IMG/VR virus record: IMGVR_UViG_3300023223_001361
Location: 90,113-154,112 of that record
Source of the DNA: a virus
Length of the DNA: 64,000 bases
Strand: one strand, 5' to 3'
The notes beneath the pieces were generated by a model. The model saw only the letters and a list, made by a program, of their open reading frames with translations, had not been told where the DNA came from and did not search any database. This document shows positions 8,171-17,512 of this stretch, one piece after another; position 1 is the stretch's first letter, and every line of letters starts with the position of its first letter. A program made the position numbers and the translations under genes.

Positions 8171-8521
8171 ATGACAGTAAAATTTGAAAATACGGATGGT
8201 TGTGGAAATGCCAAATATACCGTAACTGTACAAGTCGGAAAATCAGTCAACATCAAAGGTCATAGAACTAAGTGGAATCCTGAGACAAGAACATATGTTG
8301 AAGATGTTCCTTTCGAAAATCACTTTAATGTTGGTGATGAGTGTGAGCAAGGTTCATACAATTTAGTCTACATCGGAACTATACAGAAGATAACAAAGAA
8401 ATGTATATTTGTTCTGAAACATGGTGACGTGACCAGATTCAAACACGAACAATTTGCTCGGAGAAATTACGATTTCGATGCTGATAAAGCTAGGAAAAGA
8501 AACTCTGAATGGATGGACTAA
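8171..8521 (+). CDS. hypothetical protein
   Basis: start MTVKFEN at 8171 with AGGAG RBS. Confidence 0.7.
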   Translation: MTVKFENTDGCGNAKYTVTVQVGKSVNIKGHRTKWNPETRTYVEDVPFENHFNVGDECEQGSYNLVYIGTIQKITKKCIFVLKHGDVTRFKHEQFARRNYDFDADKARKRNSEWMD

Positions 8522-8525
8522 AAGC

Positions 8526-8553
8526 TAAAGTAAATCCAATATTGAGACGATAC
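8526..8553 (+). promoter_or_regulatory. sigma28-like promoter 3
   Basis: TAAAGTAA-N12-GACGATAC. Confidence 0.65.
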
Positions 8554-8576
8554 TTTATATAGAGGGATGAAATACT

Positions 8577-8792
8577 ATGAAAACAATCTTTGGATACGAA
8601 TTAGAGGAAACAGGAAATGAAAGAATCCCTTATCATGCAATCGGCAAACGTGGTGCGATTTATAGTCTTGTCAGAAGGGTCGGTAATGAAAGCAGCTTGT
8701 TTGTTATCAATCGTAATGGTAACATTTGCTCTCTCAAAGGGAACTATAATTTCACAGACAAGAATGGTGAAGTCGAAGTAGTCAACTTTTAG
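8577..8792 (+). CDS. hypothetical protein
   Basis: first ORF after promoter 3; GAGGG RBS. Confidence 0.7.
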   Translation: MKTIFGYELEETGNERIPYHAIGKRGAIYSLVRRVGNESSLFVINRNGNICSLKGNYNFTDKNGEVEVVNF

Positions 8793-8978
8793 GATAAACA
8801 CCGTGAAAAATATTGACCATACTAACTACCCCAAAACACTAAAGAAAAAATCTACCTATGCAATCTGTGTCACAGATTGTGAGAAGACTCTTGCGGTCTG
8901 GAGAGATCATCCAAATGGTGGATATTACCTTGATGAAATTCACTACTGTTTAGCTGAGTTGAAAAGGAGAAGCAAATA

Positions 8979-9161
8979 ATGTACAACTATAAAGTTGAAT
9001 ATAACCGAAGGTTTATAAGAGGTAATCTAAAGGGATTAACTGTTCCAATGATTACCAGATTTGCAACACTACCATTTGCTGAGTATTTTGCTAATGTTAT
9101 AGCGAGCAAAAAACCCAGTAAAGGTTACTTTGATTATGACGTTAGAGTTTCCCAGAACTAG
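8979..9161 (+). CDS. hypothetical protein
   Basis: AGGAG RBS; 60 aa. Confidence 0.6.
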   Translation: MYNYKVEYNRRFIRGNLKGLTVPMITRFATLPFAEYFANVIASKKPSKGYFDYDVRVSQN

Positions 9162-9169
9162 GTGATGAA

Positions 9170-9355
9170 ATGAAATATATTTTAAACAGTTATTATGACG
9201 ATTATCGGAAAGAGCAAAGATGGGTATTACTTGACGCGAGAACCCGAAATAGATTGAATGATTGCGCTACCTTAGAGGAACTAATGGAAGACCTGAGAGT
9301 AGCTGATAATCGTAATAATATTCCGATAGAATTTGTTGTAGATTTGAGATCCTAA
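9170..9355 (+). CDS. hypothetical protein
   Basis: 61-aa ORF in the operon. Confidence 0.6.
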   Translation: MKYILNSYYDDYRKEQRWVLLDARTRNRLNDCATLEELMEDLRVADNRNNIPIEFVVDLRS

Positions 9356-9357
9356 TC

Positions 9358-9385
9358 TAAAGTTTTCTCTATTTTATGACGATAT
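9358..9385 (+). promoter_or_regulatory. sigma28-like promoter 4
   Basis: TAAAGTTT-N12-GACGATAT; near-identical to promoter 1. Confidence 0.65.
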
Positions 9386-9408
9386 ATTATATAGAAGGAG
9401 AAAAAATT

Positions 9409-9705
9409 ATGAATGCAGAAATCACAATACAACAACTTGGTGGATTTGGAAAACTTCAAGCAATGGTTGGAGCTAACAATTTTGTGCAATCCAAAGAAGA
9501 AGCTTGGGTCAGTTTCAAGTTCAAAGGTTCTAAGGTAGCGAATTACATCAAGATTCACCTAAACGGTAACGATCTGTATGATATAGAATTTGGGAAAATT
9601 TGGGGTCACAAATACAAGGTTGTTGAAAAACTTGATGATGTGTATTTTGATTCTCTGGTTGAGCTGTTTGAGAAAACCACTGGATTATATTTGAGGTTAT
9701 TCTAA
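9409..9705 (+). CDS. conserved phage hypothetical protein
   Basis: start MNAEITIQQLGG at 9409 with AAGGAG RBS; I.LNGNDLYDIEF motif. Confidence 0.7.
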   Translation: MNAEITIQQLGGFGKLQAMVGANNFVQSKEEAWVSFKFKGSKVANYIKIHLNGNDLYDIEFGKIWGHKYKVVEKLDDVYFDSLVELFEKTTGLYLRLF

Positions 9706-9706
9706 A

Positions 9707-10114
9707 ATGACATATTTTGAAGAAATTGCAAGCAAGATGGAAGTCGGGAAGAAGTATACAATTGCTTTCATGAACGATTTCGGGTATTGCTCATGTGTTC
9801 AGGTCAAGTTGACTGGTGTCGAAGCTAGGAGCTATGCTCAGTATAATGATGCTCTCCACCTGAAATTTCGGAAACCACGACAGAAGAAGGATCGTGGGGT
9901 GATCCTTTACAGTCGGAAAAGCTTTGTAATCTATGATGGTTGGGTTGACGTTGATCAAAATATGTGGGGTGAATCTCAGGTTTCCGAAAGTAGTCAATCT
10001 GTGGTCACTAGAGCGAAGTATATGTCTTGTGATATCAGGAACTTAACTGATATCATAGATTCTTCGGATGTTGAACCTTTAGCAAAACATTTAGGGGTGA
10101 GTAATAAAGGTTAA
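9707..10114 (+). CDS. hypothetical protein
   Basis: 135-aa ORF in the operon. Confidence 0.7.
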   Translation: MTYFEEIASKMEVGKKYTIAFMNDFGYCSCVQVKLTGVEARSYAQYNDALHLKFRKPRQKKDRGVILYSRKSFVIYDGWVDVDQNMWGESQVSESSQSVVTRAKYMSCDIRNLTDIIDSSDVEPLAKHLGVSNKG

Positions 10115-10186
10115 AACGACTCTAACAATTATTTCAACTTTTACCTAACATATTGATATATTTGACATTTTTTGGAATTCTTGCTC

Positions 10187-10215
10187 TTGACAGATATTCT
10201 AATACATGAGATAAT
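10187..10215 (+). promoter_or_regulatory. sigma70-type early promoter
   Basis: TTGACA-N17-GATAAT, sharing CATGAGATAAT with the 1193 promoter. Confidence 0.8.
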
Positions 10216-10247
10216 GAACATATAGTAGGGAAACGACAAAAGGAGAA

Positions 10248-10709
10248 ATGACAATGAGAGGTTTAGAATTAAAGTCAATTAAACACTCAGCTTTAGCTTC
10301 ACAAGAAACTTATTGTTATCAAGCTAATCTTTATCTTGATAAGAAAAAGATTGCTGAAGTTGGGAATAGTGGTTGTGGTGGTTGTGATTTCCAATATACA
10401 GTTAAGGATAATGAAAAAGACTTCAATCGAGTTTTAAAACATTTTGGGGATCGGAGTGAACTGGAATATTGGTGTTCTAAACAAGTTACAGATTTCTTAA
10501 TTTCAAAAGATCTGAAAAGACTTTTGAAAACGAGAATTCTTTTTATCAAAAATAAAAATCAATTGTATGAAGTAAAGCTCCCAAGAAAATCACAAAATCC
10601 GCTTTCTTTTTTTATTGCTTTGGTAGAACAGAGAAATCCTGAAGCAAAAATCCTGAATAGTCTTCCTTTCTCTAAAGCTTTAGAAGCTTATAAAGGAATT
10701 ACATTATAA
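10248..10709 (+). CDS. conserved phage hypothetical protein
   Basis: SQETYCYQA.LY.D.KKIA.V.NSG.GG motif; AGGAG RBS. Confidence 0.7.
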   Translation: MTMRGLELKSIKHSALASQETYCYQANLYLDKKKIAEVGNSGCGGCDFQYTVKDNEKDFNRVLKHFGDRSELEYWCSKQVTDFLISKDLKRLLKTRILFIKNKNQLYEVKLPRKSQNPLSFFIALVEQRNPEAKILNSLPFSKALEAYKGITL

Positions 10710-10894
10710 TGAGAAATCCAATTTGGAGCTTTCCTTGGAAGTTACAATTCCGTAATAGATACGGTCAATGGTTAACTCAGGAACACTATCAGGAAAAACC
10801 ACAAATCAAATGTAAACAATCTTTGCTCTTACTGAATGGTTGGGAGTTTTTTCTTGATGGGGAATATAAAGATTATAGATTGGTGAGATTATAA
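10709..10894 (+). CDS. hypothetical protein
   Basis: TAATG-coupled ORF. Confidence 0.55.
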   Translation: MRNPIWSFPWKLQFRNRYGQWLTQEHYQEKPQIKCKQSLLLLNGWEFFLDGEYKDYRLVRL

Positions 10895-11160
10895 TGGGTT
10901 GTGGTAGATGTATAGGAAGTCAATTGTTCCACAATGATGAAGGTCGATATCTCGTAGAAATCTTAGAACAGATTCTTGAACTACAAGAATTAGTGAGTAA
11001 ATCCATTTATCAGAAACAAGAAGAAAAAGGTGTTAATGTTGGAGTTTTGTTCGATGCTTTTGATACGACTGAATGTATTAGATTGGATTTAAAAGGATTT
11101 TTGAAAGATAAAGGTATGGTTAGTAATTGCGATTATGCTAAGAAATTATATAGAGGATAG
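10894..11160 (+). CDS. hypothetical protein
   Basis: TAATG-coupled ORF. Confidence 0.6.
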   Translation: MGCGRCIGSQLFHNDEGRYLVEILEQILELQELVSKSIYQKQEEKGVNVGVLFDAFDTTECIRLDLKGFLKDKGMVSNCDYAKKLYRG

Positions 11161-11168
11161 AAAAGATA

Positions 11169-11405
11169 ATGGCAAGTTCAAAAGCACACGAAAACCGTCG
11201 AAAAACAAGACAATCACTTATAGAATTTCAGCAAGTTCGAGAAATTATAAATCGAATTTCTGATGTGAAAGACTTTATTGCAATATGTGAAGGTCATATC
11301 CCTAATGTCAATACTCAATCTGAAGCTGATGATTTGGAAAATGATATTCGAAATATGGAACAAGAGGTTGATTCTTTACTTAATAAACTATCAGTAAGGT
11401 ATTAG
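11169..11405 (+). CDS. hypothetical coiled-coil protein
   Basis: 78 aa, GAGG RBS. Confidence 0.6.
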   Translation: MASSKAHENRRKTRQSLIEFQQVREIINRISDVKDFIAICEGHIPNVNTQSEADDLENDIRNMEQEVDSLLNKLSVRY

Positions 11406-11474
11406 ATATGAGAGTAATTGAAGAAAAAATTCTCTTCAAAAAATTTTGAAAAAACTTTTTGAGGGGAATTTGAG

Positions 11475-11681
11475 ATGAATAAAAATCAATTAATAGGTCG
11501 TTTAGTTATAGCATCAAATAAAATTCGTAATCTTGGTTCTCTATTAAAATCTCAAGAAGATGCTATCCAACATGAGTATAAAGATGAGGCACAAGCAATG
11601 AATAGAGAATGTAAAAGATTGGTAAATGTTTTGCTGTCTTTAGTTTCTCAACTTCAAACGGATATTAGGAGATTGAATTGA
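11475..11681 (+). CDS. hypothetical protein
   Basis: 68 aa, GAGG RBS. Confidence 0.6.
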   Translation: MNKNQLIGRLVIASNKIRNLGSLLKSQEDAIQHEYKDEAQAMNRECKRLVNVLLSLVSQLQTDIRRLN

Positions 11682-11860
11682 GATGTTAGGTGAAGGAGAT
11701 AAAATTATTCGTCTGGTGCATGAACATCCAAAAGCTGAAGCTAAAGCATTATTGAAAGCTTGGTGGGTTTGGTTGGGTTGGTTTATTGGTTTTGTGACTG
11801 GGATGATTGTTGTATTTTTATTTATTGGAGTTTTGATATGAAAATTTTCGGGGATAAATA

Positions 11861-12079
11861 GTGGATGCTACTATAGAAATTCCAGATCCTCAGAATGATA
11901 AAAGAAAGATTATCTTTTTCATGAATGATAGAGGCATTCTCATCACTGTTCAGGAACTTATTAATGGGGTATCTTGGTTCACAGTTGGAGAGCATATAGA
12001 ACTTACATCTAATCAACTATCAAAGTTATTAAGTGGGGAACTATATATTACATTGGAGAAAAAATGTTTAGATTTCTAA
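11861..12079 (+). CDS. hypothetical protein
   Basis: 72-aa ORF in the operon. Confidence 0.5.
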   Translation: MDATIEIPDPQNDKRKIIFFMNDRGILITVQELINGVSWFTVGEHIELTSNQLSKLLSGELYITLEKKCLDF

Positions 12080-12333
12080 AGAAAAATAAGACACCAGAAG
12101 AAGAAAATTTCGAAGATACTTTATCCGATGAAGAATTGGGAAATCTGAAAAATGAAGAAGCAAAACATTTGGCTCGTCTTTTCGAAAGCTTGGGTTCTAT
12201 TGCTACTGTTATTGATGTTGATTCTACTGATGAACAAATAAGAGATACACTAAAGGAACATGCACAAAAGGTTGCAGAACGGGAACGAGAAAATCAAAAA
12301 TTGGATGGAATTAAAAAGGAAGATTTAAACTAA
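12064..12333 (+). CDS. hypothetical protein
   Basis: GGAG RBS; acidic. Confidence 0.6.
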   Translation: MFRFLKKNKTPEEENFEDTLSDEELGNLKNEEAKHLARLFESLGSIATVIDVDSTDEQIRDTLKEHAQKVAERERENQKLDGIKKEDLN

Positions 12334-12779
12334 TGGTACCACCTTTTGTATTATCAGCATTAACTAATAAATGGGTTATTGGTGCTTTACTGATTGCAGC
12401 GATTTATGGTTATATCCAATATCAATCTTGGGAAATCAAATCTCTTCAGGAAGATGTTCAAATTTCTGAAGCAAATAATAAAAAACTTCGTGGTATTGTG
12501 GAAGACCAAACAGATCTTGTCGACTCTATTATGGAAGACTATGATAAAAAACAAGTATTATATGAGGAAAGAGAAAAACTTGTTCTGGATTTAAAAGATG
12601 ATAATCGAGAATTGAGAAAAAAACTCTATCGGGAACAGCAAGGTAAGAAATCTCTTGAAGAACTGGCAATCACAAAACCTGGTCTAGTCGAAAAAGCAGT
12701 TAATAGAGGCACACAAAAAGTTTTAGAATGTTTTGAAAAAATCAGCAAAGGTAAAGAAGAAGAATGTTTAAAAAATTAG
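12333..12779 (+). CDS. inner-membrane spanin (Rz-like)
   Basis: single N-terminal TM followed by a long coiled coil; lipoprotein gene just downstream. Confidence 0.7.
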   Translation: MVPPFVLSALTNKWVIGALLIAAIYGYIQYQSWEIKSLQEDVQISEANNKKLRGIVEDQTDLVDSIMEDYDKKQVLYEEREKLVLDLKDDNRELRKKLYREQQGKKSLEELAITKPGLVEKAVNRGTQKVLECFEKISKGKEEECLKN

Positions 12780-13039
12780 GTTATTATTTCTTAGCATGTG
12801 TGATTGGAATATTTTCTTTGCCAGTTCTTTTGTTAGTAACTTCTTTAAAGTTTCTTCTTTCTCCTTTTAAAGAACAAGGTGATGAAGTAATTTGGTTTCT
12901 TATTTCCCAAATGAAGGAGAAAAAGAAAAAAAGAATTATAAAGAAAGCTAATGCAAAACTTGCAAAAGCTGCTAAATCTGGAAAATCGAGTGCGAAAGAA
13001 AACAATGAAAAGAATCCTCCCATTAATACTACTGATTAG
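12764..13039 (+). CDS. membrane protein between the spanin genes
   Basis: hydrophobic N-half, Lys-rich tail; overlaps both neighbours. Confidence 0.5.
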   Translation: MFKKLGYYFLACVIGIFSLPVLLLVTSLKFLLSPFKEQGDEVIWFLISQMKEKKKKRIIKKANAKLAKAAKSGKSSAKENNEKNPPINTTD

Positions 13040-13352
13040 TTTATTATTTCTCGGTTCATGTTCAGCGGTGAAACCTTTAAATGTTATTTCTAAACCTGTA
13101 GATCGAGTACCACTTACAGTATATGATCCACAAAAAGTTGAACTTGAGAAAGTTGTATGGGTAGTTATCACTAAAGATAATTTTCAAGAAGTTTTAAATG
13201 AGTTAGAAGAGCGTGGTTTATATCCTGTTGTATTTGCTCTATCGGGAAAAGATTATAAAGCTCTAGCTGTTAACATGCAAGAAATTAAAAGGTTTATGTT
13301 ATTACAGAAGCAAATTATTGATGCATATAGAAGTTACTATGAGAGAGAATAA
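13005..13352 (+). CDS. outer-membrane spanin lipoprotein (Rz1-like)
   Basis: MKRILPLILLISLLFLGSC lipobox (Cys19); Pro-rich mature N-terminus; ends Y...LA.NM.EIKR...QK.II..YRSYYE like T4-type o-spanins. Confidence 0.75.
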   Translation: MKRILPLILLISLLFLGSCSAVKPLNVISKPVDRVPLTVYDPQKVELEKVVWVVITKDNFQEVLNELEERGLYPVVFALSGKDYKALAVNMQEIKRFMLLQKQIIDAYRSYYERE

Positions 13353-13762
13353 TGACTGATTTCATTTGGATATTTCGTGGTTTTGTTAAGCGTGTGATCG
13401 ATGGTGATACTATTGTTGTTGATTTAGATCTCGGTTTAGATATTATTCTCAAAGATCAGTATATTCGTTTAGCTGGTTTGAATACTCCAGAAACAAGAGG
13501 AAGAGAAAAGGTACTGGGTAAAATAGCAAAGAATTTTGTCATTGATAAACTTCCAATAGGAAGAGAAATAGCTGTGCTCAGCGAAAAATACGATCCTCGT
13601 GGCAAGTATGGGAGAATAGTCGGAACTGTTGGTTATTTGCAAGGAGGAATCTCCATAAACTCACAACTGATTAATGAAGGTTATGCTTTACCTTATGATG
13701 GAAAAGGACCAATTCCTAGATTTGATGTTAATGCAGAATACCCATTAAAGAAAAATGAGTAA
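13352..13762 (+). CDS. thermonuclease (SNase family)
   Basis: VIDGDT, IRLAGLNTPE and GKYGR motifs. Confidence 0.9.
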   Translation: MTDFIWIFRGFVKRVIDGDTIVVDLDLGLDIILKDQYIRLAGLNTPETRGREKVLGKIAKNFVIDKLPIGREIAVLSEKYDPRGKYGRIVGTVGYLQGGISINSQLINEGYALPYDGKGPIPRFDVNAEYPLKKNE

Positions 13763-13930
13763 GAATAAAGAATTAAATGCTGAAGTTTATCATAAGGTCA
13801 AAAAGTTGATTAAACTTACTCAAGAAGACGATAGGAAAATTATCCAGCTCAAAAAACGAATAGGAGAATTAGAAGAAAGATGTCATTACTTAAGTAACAT
13901 CCTTTATGAAAAAACTGGTGAGTTACATTA

Positions 13931-14233
13931 ATGAATATTGACGAATTAATAAAAAATTTAAATGGTGATTCTGAGAAAACTACAGATAAAAGAAATGCAT
14001 TAATTGATTCAGTTGCAAAATATCTTTATGAAGTTTGTGATAATCCAATAAACTCTTCGCAACAAGTTATAGAGTATATTCGAAATCAAATCATAAATGG
14101 TCATCATTATCAGGATCATGTAATGTTTGAAAAAGCTATTCGAGAATATCATCAGTCAAGAACGGATTTAGAAGCTAGTGCCGAAAAGTTGATTGATATA
14201 GTTGATGATTATGATAAATGGAGGATAGAGTGA
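13931..14233 (+). CDS. hypothetical protein
   Basis: 100-aa ORF. Confidence 0.6.
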   Translation: MNIDELIKNLNGDSEKTTDKRNALIDSVAKYLYEVCDNPINSSQQVIEYIRNQIINGHHYQDHVMFEKAIREYHQSRTDLEASAEKLIDIVDDYDKWRIE

Positions 14234-14460
14234 AATTCTTTCAAGATGTAAATTTGACAATTAGCGAAGCTATGAAAATAAAGGCTAGTTTTATGTTTTA
14301 CATAGTTGATCGTCATATCAATGAAGGTGGAATTTCTTGGGAAGAAAAAGATGATAGGATTAAAAGAGATTTAAAAGTATATGCACATATCGAATTAGAT
14401 GACAGCGAATTTGATGAATTGAAAGAACTATATTCGGAAAATGGGAATTATAAATTATGA
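14218..14460 (+). CDS. hypothetical protein
   Basis: coupled ORF. Confidence 0.5.
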   Translation: MEDRVKFFQDVNLTISEAMKIKASFMFYIVDRHINEGGISWEEKDDRIKRDLKVYAHIELDDSEFDELKELYSENGNYKL

Positions 14461-14732
14461 GAAAATTACTACTTATAAGTATTGTGACATTCTTCCTTAG
14501 TGGTTGTGCTGCTCAAGGATATGGAACTGGCGCCGCTGGAAGTGATTGGATTATCACAAATACTGCTGATGAAATTATTCGACAAGCTGGACAAGCAATT
14601 GGTGGATATGGAACTGGTGAATTTGAATGGTCAAGAGTTCAACAGAGAGGAGCTTGGGAAGCCCAACATGCAATTGGACGTATTCTCCAGTCTGAACGTA
14701 GACGGAGAGAAGTTGCAAGACGCCAACCGTAA
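14457..14732 (+). CDS. putative lipoprotein
   Basis: signal peptide ending FFLSGC. Confidence 0.65.
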   Translation: MRKLLLISIVTFFLSGCAAQGYGTGAAGSDWIITNTADEIIRQAGQAIGGYGTGEFEWSRVQQRGAWEAQHAIGRILQSERRRREVARRQP

Positions 14733-14795
14733 TGTAATCGCTGCGGACATCGTATTTGTGAAACAGATGACTTTATGCGTCCACTGCATTAAATT

Positions 14796-15242
14796 ATGAA
14801 TGATATATTTGACATTTTATTAGAAAAAGCTAGGAGCAAAGGTTATCTACCTGAACTTGAAAAAGAATCAGTTTCTTCAATTGCATCAGAATCAATATCA
14901 TCAGTAGAAAAAATAGATGGTTTTACAATCACAATGAACTGTGTATCTGATTTTGGTGGTCTAAAAATCCTTAAAAATACGCCTTTACTTGATGTTCAAC
15001 TACCAGTATTAGGAGATGATTTTAGTTATTCAAACTTTAGTTTTTCTGTTTCTGGATTCATCATGATTCATGATGGAATTGATTGGGATATTCTAAAAAA
15101 AAACAAAAGTTTGAATATTTGTCTTGAACATCCACAAGAAAAAGGTTTTGATATGAAAGGATATCTTGTTGGTATTTATAAAGATCTCCATACTAATAGA
15201 ACCCATTTTAAACTTGAAATAACATCATGCATTATCATATAG
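14796..15242 (+). CDS. hypothetical protein
   Basis: 148-aa ORF before the primase. Confidence 0.6.
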   Translation: MNDIFDILLEKARSKGYLPELEKESVSSIASESISSVEKIDGFTITMNCVSDFGGLKILKNTPLLDVQLPVLGDDFSYSNFSFSVSGFIMIHDGIDWDILKKNKSLNICLEHPQEKGFDMKGYLVGIYKDLHTNRTHFKLEITSCIII

Positions 15243-16267
15243 ATGTAAAATATTTGAGTTTGATATCATCTCAACTTGATAAATTTAAAAAAACAAAAGA
15301 TGATACGTGGAATTGTAGATGTCCTTTATGTGGAGATTCGAAAAAAAATCCTCATAAATGTAGAGGCTACTTTATAAAGTATAGAGAACAACTTTTTTTT
15401 AAATGCCATAACTGTAGTCAGAGTTATCAATTTGGGAATCTTTTAAAAATTCTAAATCCAAGACTTTACGATGAATATGTTTATGAACGTTATAAAAATG
15501 GTGCATCTGGTCGTGATTCTCATAAAATACCAAAGGAAGAAAAACTAAAATTAAAGACAATAAAAAGGCTTCAAACAATTAACTTACCATCTATCAAAAG
15601 TTTATCAAATGATCATTTTGTAAAACAATATGTTCAGAAGAGACAAATCCCGGAAAAATATTGGGACCGTTTATTCTTCACTGATGATTTTTCCGAATGG
15701 GTCAATAAAGTTGTTGGTGGTGATCAATACAAAGATTTGAAAAAAGATGACACTCGATTAGTATTTCCTTTTTTCGATATTGAAGGTAGACTGATAGGGG
15801 GTCAAGGTCGTTCAATGTCAAGTAATGATCGAGATATTCGCTACGTTACATTTAAATGCGATAATGTAGAGAAATTAGTATACGGCATGGAAAGATGGAA
15901 TAAAAATCAAAAGACATTCATTATGGAAGGTCCTATCGATTCTCTATTCCTTCCTAATTCTCTTGCTGCTGCTAATCCAGATCTTAAATCCTTACTAGAC
16001 TATATAAACTCTATAATAACAACAAAAGATGTTACATTAGTTTTTGATAACGAACCCAGAAATAAAGAAATTTTACACCTGATTGAAAAATCTATAAAAA
16101 GTGGAATGAATGTAGTTATATGGCCTCAAAGTATAAAACAAAAAGACTTAAATGATATGATTCTTATTGGGAAAATGAATCAAGAGGAATTACTTCAAAT
16201 AATAAATACTAATACGTTTTCTGGATTAGAAGCTCATGTTAAATTCAACAGTTGGAAAAAACGATAA
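15227..16267 (+). CDS. gp61: DNA primase (T4 gp61-like)
   Basis: NCRCPLCGDS..KCHNC zinc finger; TOPRIM EGPIDSLF, FDNEPRN and KDLNDM. Confidence 0.95.
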   Translation: MHYHIDVKYLSLISSQLDKFKKTKDDTWNCRCPLCGDSKKNPHKCRGYFIKYREQLFFKCHNCSQSYQFGNLLKILNPRLYDEYVYERYKNGASGRDSHKIPKEEKLKLKTIKRLQTINLPSIKSLSNDHFVKQYVQKRQIPEKYWDRLFFTDDFSEWVNKVVGGDQYKDLKKDDTRLVFPFFDIEGRLIGGQGRSMSSNDRDIRYVTFKCDNVEKLVYGMERWNKNQKTFIMEGPIDSLFLPNSLAAANPDLKSLLDYINSIITTKDVTLVFDNEPRNKEILHLIEKSIKSGMNVVIWPQSIKQKDLNDMILIGKMNQEELLQIINTNTFSGLEAHVKFNSWKKR

Positions 16268-16577
16268 AGAATTGATAGTCAGAGAAAGTCTCAATCCTAT
16301 GAGTTGTCAAAGCCAATGGGAAGGAGAAACTACAGATAGTAAAAGTGTCTTTATTGAGATATATTGTGGAAGTTTAAGAATTGGGTTTTCTGAAGTTGGA
16401 GAAAATGTTTTCATAGCAAGAGAAAATTCGAAATCAAATGAATTTGATCATGAAATTGTTTTACTACCAGAAAATAACACCCGTTTATCTTTAAACCAGT
16501 TGATGAAGATATTAGATAATGCTTCATTATTGACAGAATCTAAAGAAACAGATGAAGATGATACTACAGTGGATTAA
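16236..16577 (+). CDS. hypothetical protein
   Basis: fills the gap between primase and thyX. Confidence 0.5.
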   Translation: MLNSTVGKNDKELIVRESLNPMSCQSQWEGETTDSKSVFIEIYCGSLRIGFSEVGENVFIARENSKSNEFDHEIVLLPENNTRLSLNQLMKILDNASLLTESKETDEDDTTVD

Positions 16578-16585
16578 TTATAATT

Positions 16586-17512
16586 ATGTCAAAGGATATC
16601 GATATTAGATTGGAAGAAGGGAAAACAAAAGAAGTTTTAAACGAGTTCGTAGAAGAGAATAAAATAGAACTCTGGAATGATGGTTTTGTTGAACTACTTG
16701 AAGTCTCCGGTTCGGATCAAATTATAGATAATGATGCTACAATTTCTACTGGAAAAGCATACAATAAGGAATTACAAGATCAAAGAACGGACAATCAAAG
16801 ACGTAACCTACTCAGATATTTGTCTCGACATGAACATACTTCTCCCATCGAAATGGGAACGGTTAAGTTTTATGCTCGCATTCCTATTTTTGTTATGCGT
16901 CAATTTGTTCGTCATAGGACTGCTTCTTTAAATGAATATTCTGGTCGTTACTCAAAAATGATTGAATCGTTTTATGTTCCTACTCCAGAACGTGTTAAGA
17001 AACAATGTGGTTTGAATAAACAAGGCAGTGGTGAATCCTTTACAGAATATGAGCAAAAACAAATTTCTCTCCGTGTAGAAGCCATGAACAATTACGCATG
17101 GAGTGTATATCAGGAACTTCTTGAACAGGGTGTTTCTAATGAATTAGCAAGAATTGTTTTGCCGGTAACTGTATATACAGAGGTCGTTTGGAAAATTAAT
17201 CTCCATAATTTCTTTCATTTTGCAAAATTACGAACAGATTCACATGCCCAAGAGGAAATCCAAGATCTTTCAAATGCAATGGTTGATTTAACTAGATATT
17301 ATTTTCCTCATTTATTCGAAGCTTGGGATGACTATTCTCGCTGTGCATATACACTTTCCCGAATGGAACAAAGAGCATTAGCTGACTTTATTCGTGATGG
17401 AATGTTATCAAAAGACCATAAAGTTTACGAAATGAGTAAAAGAGAATACAATGATTTCAAAAACTTCTTGGCAATGATTAGAGGTTTAGGAGAAAAGAGA
17501 TGTATACGATGA
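16586..17512 (+). CDS. thyX: flavin-dependent thymidylate synthase
   Basis: HTSPIE and RQFVRHRTASLNEYSGRY (RHRx7S) motifs, HAQEEI. Confidence 0.95.
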   Translation: MSKDIDIRLEEGKTKEVLNEFVEENKIELWNDGFVELLEVSGSDQIIDNDATISTGKAYNKELQDQRTDNQRRNLLRYLSRHEHTSPIEMGTVKFYARIPIFVMRQFVRHRTASLNEYSGRYSKMIESFYVPTPERVKKQCGLNKQGSGESFTEYEQKQISLRVEAMNNYAWSVYQELLEQGVSNELARIVLPVTVYTEVVWKINLHNFFHFAKLRTDSHAQEEIQDLSNAMVDLTRYYFPHLFEAWDDYSRCAYTLSRMEQRALADFIRDGMLSKDHKVYEMSKREYNDFKNFLAMIRGLGEKRCIR

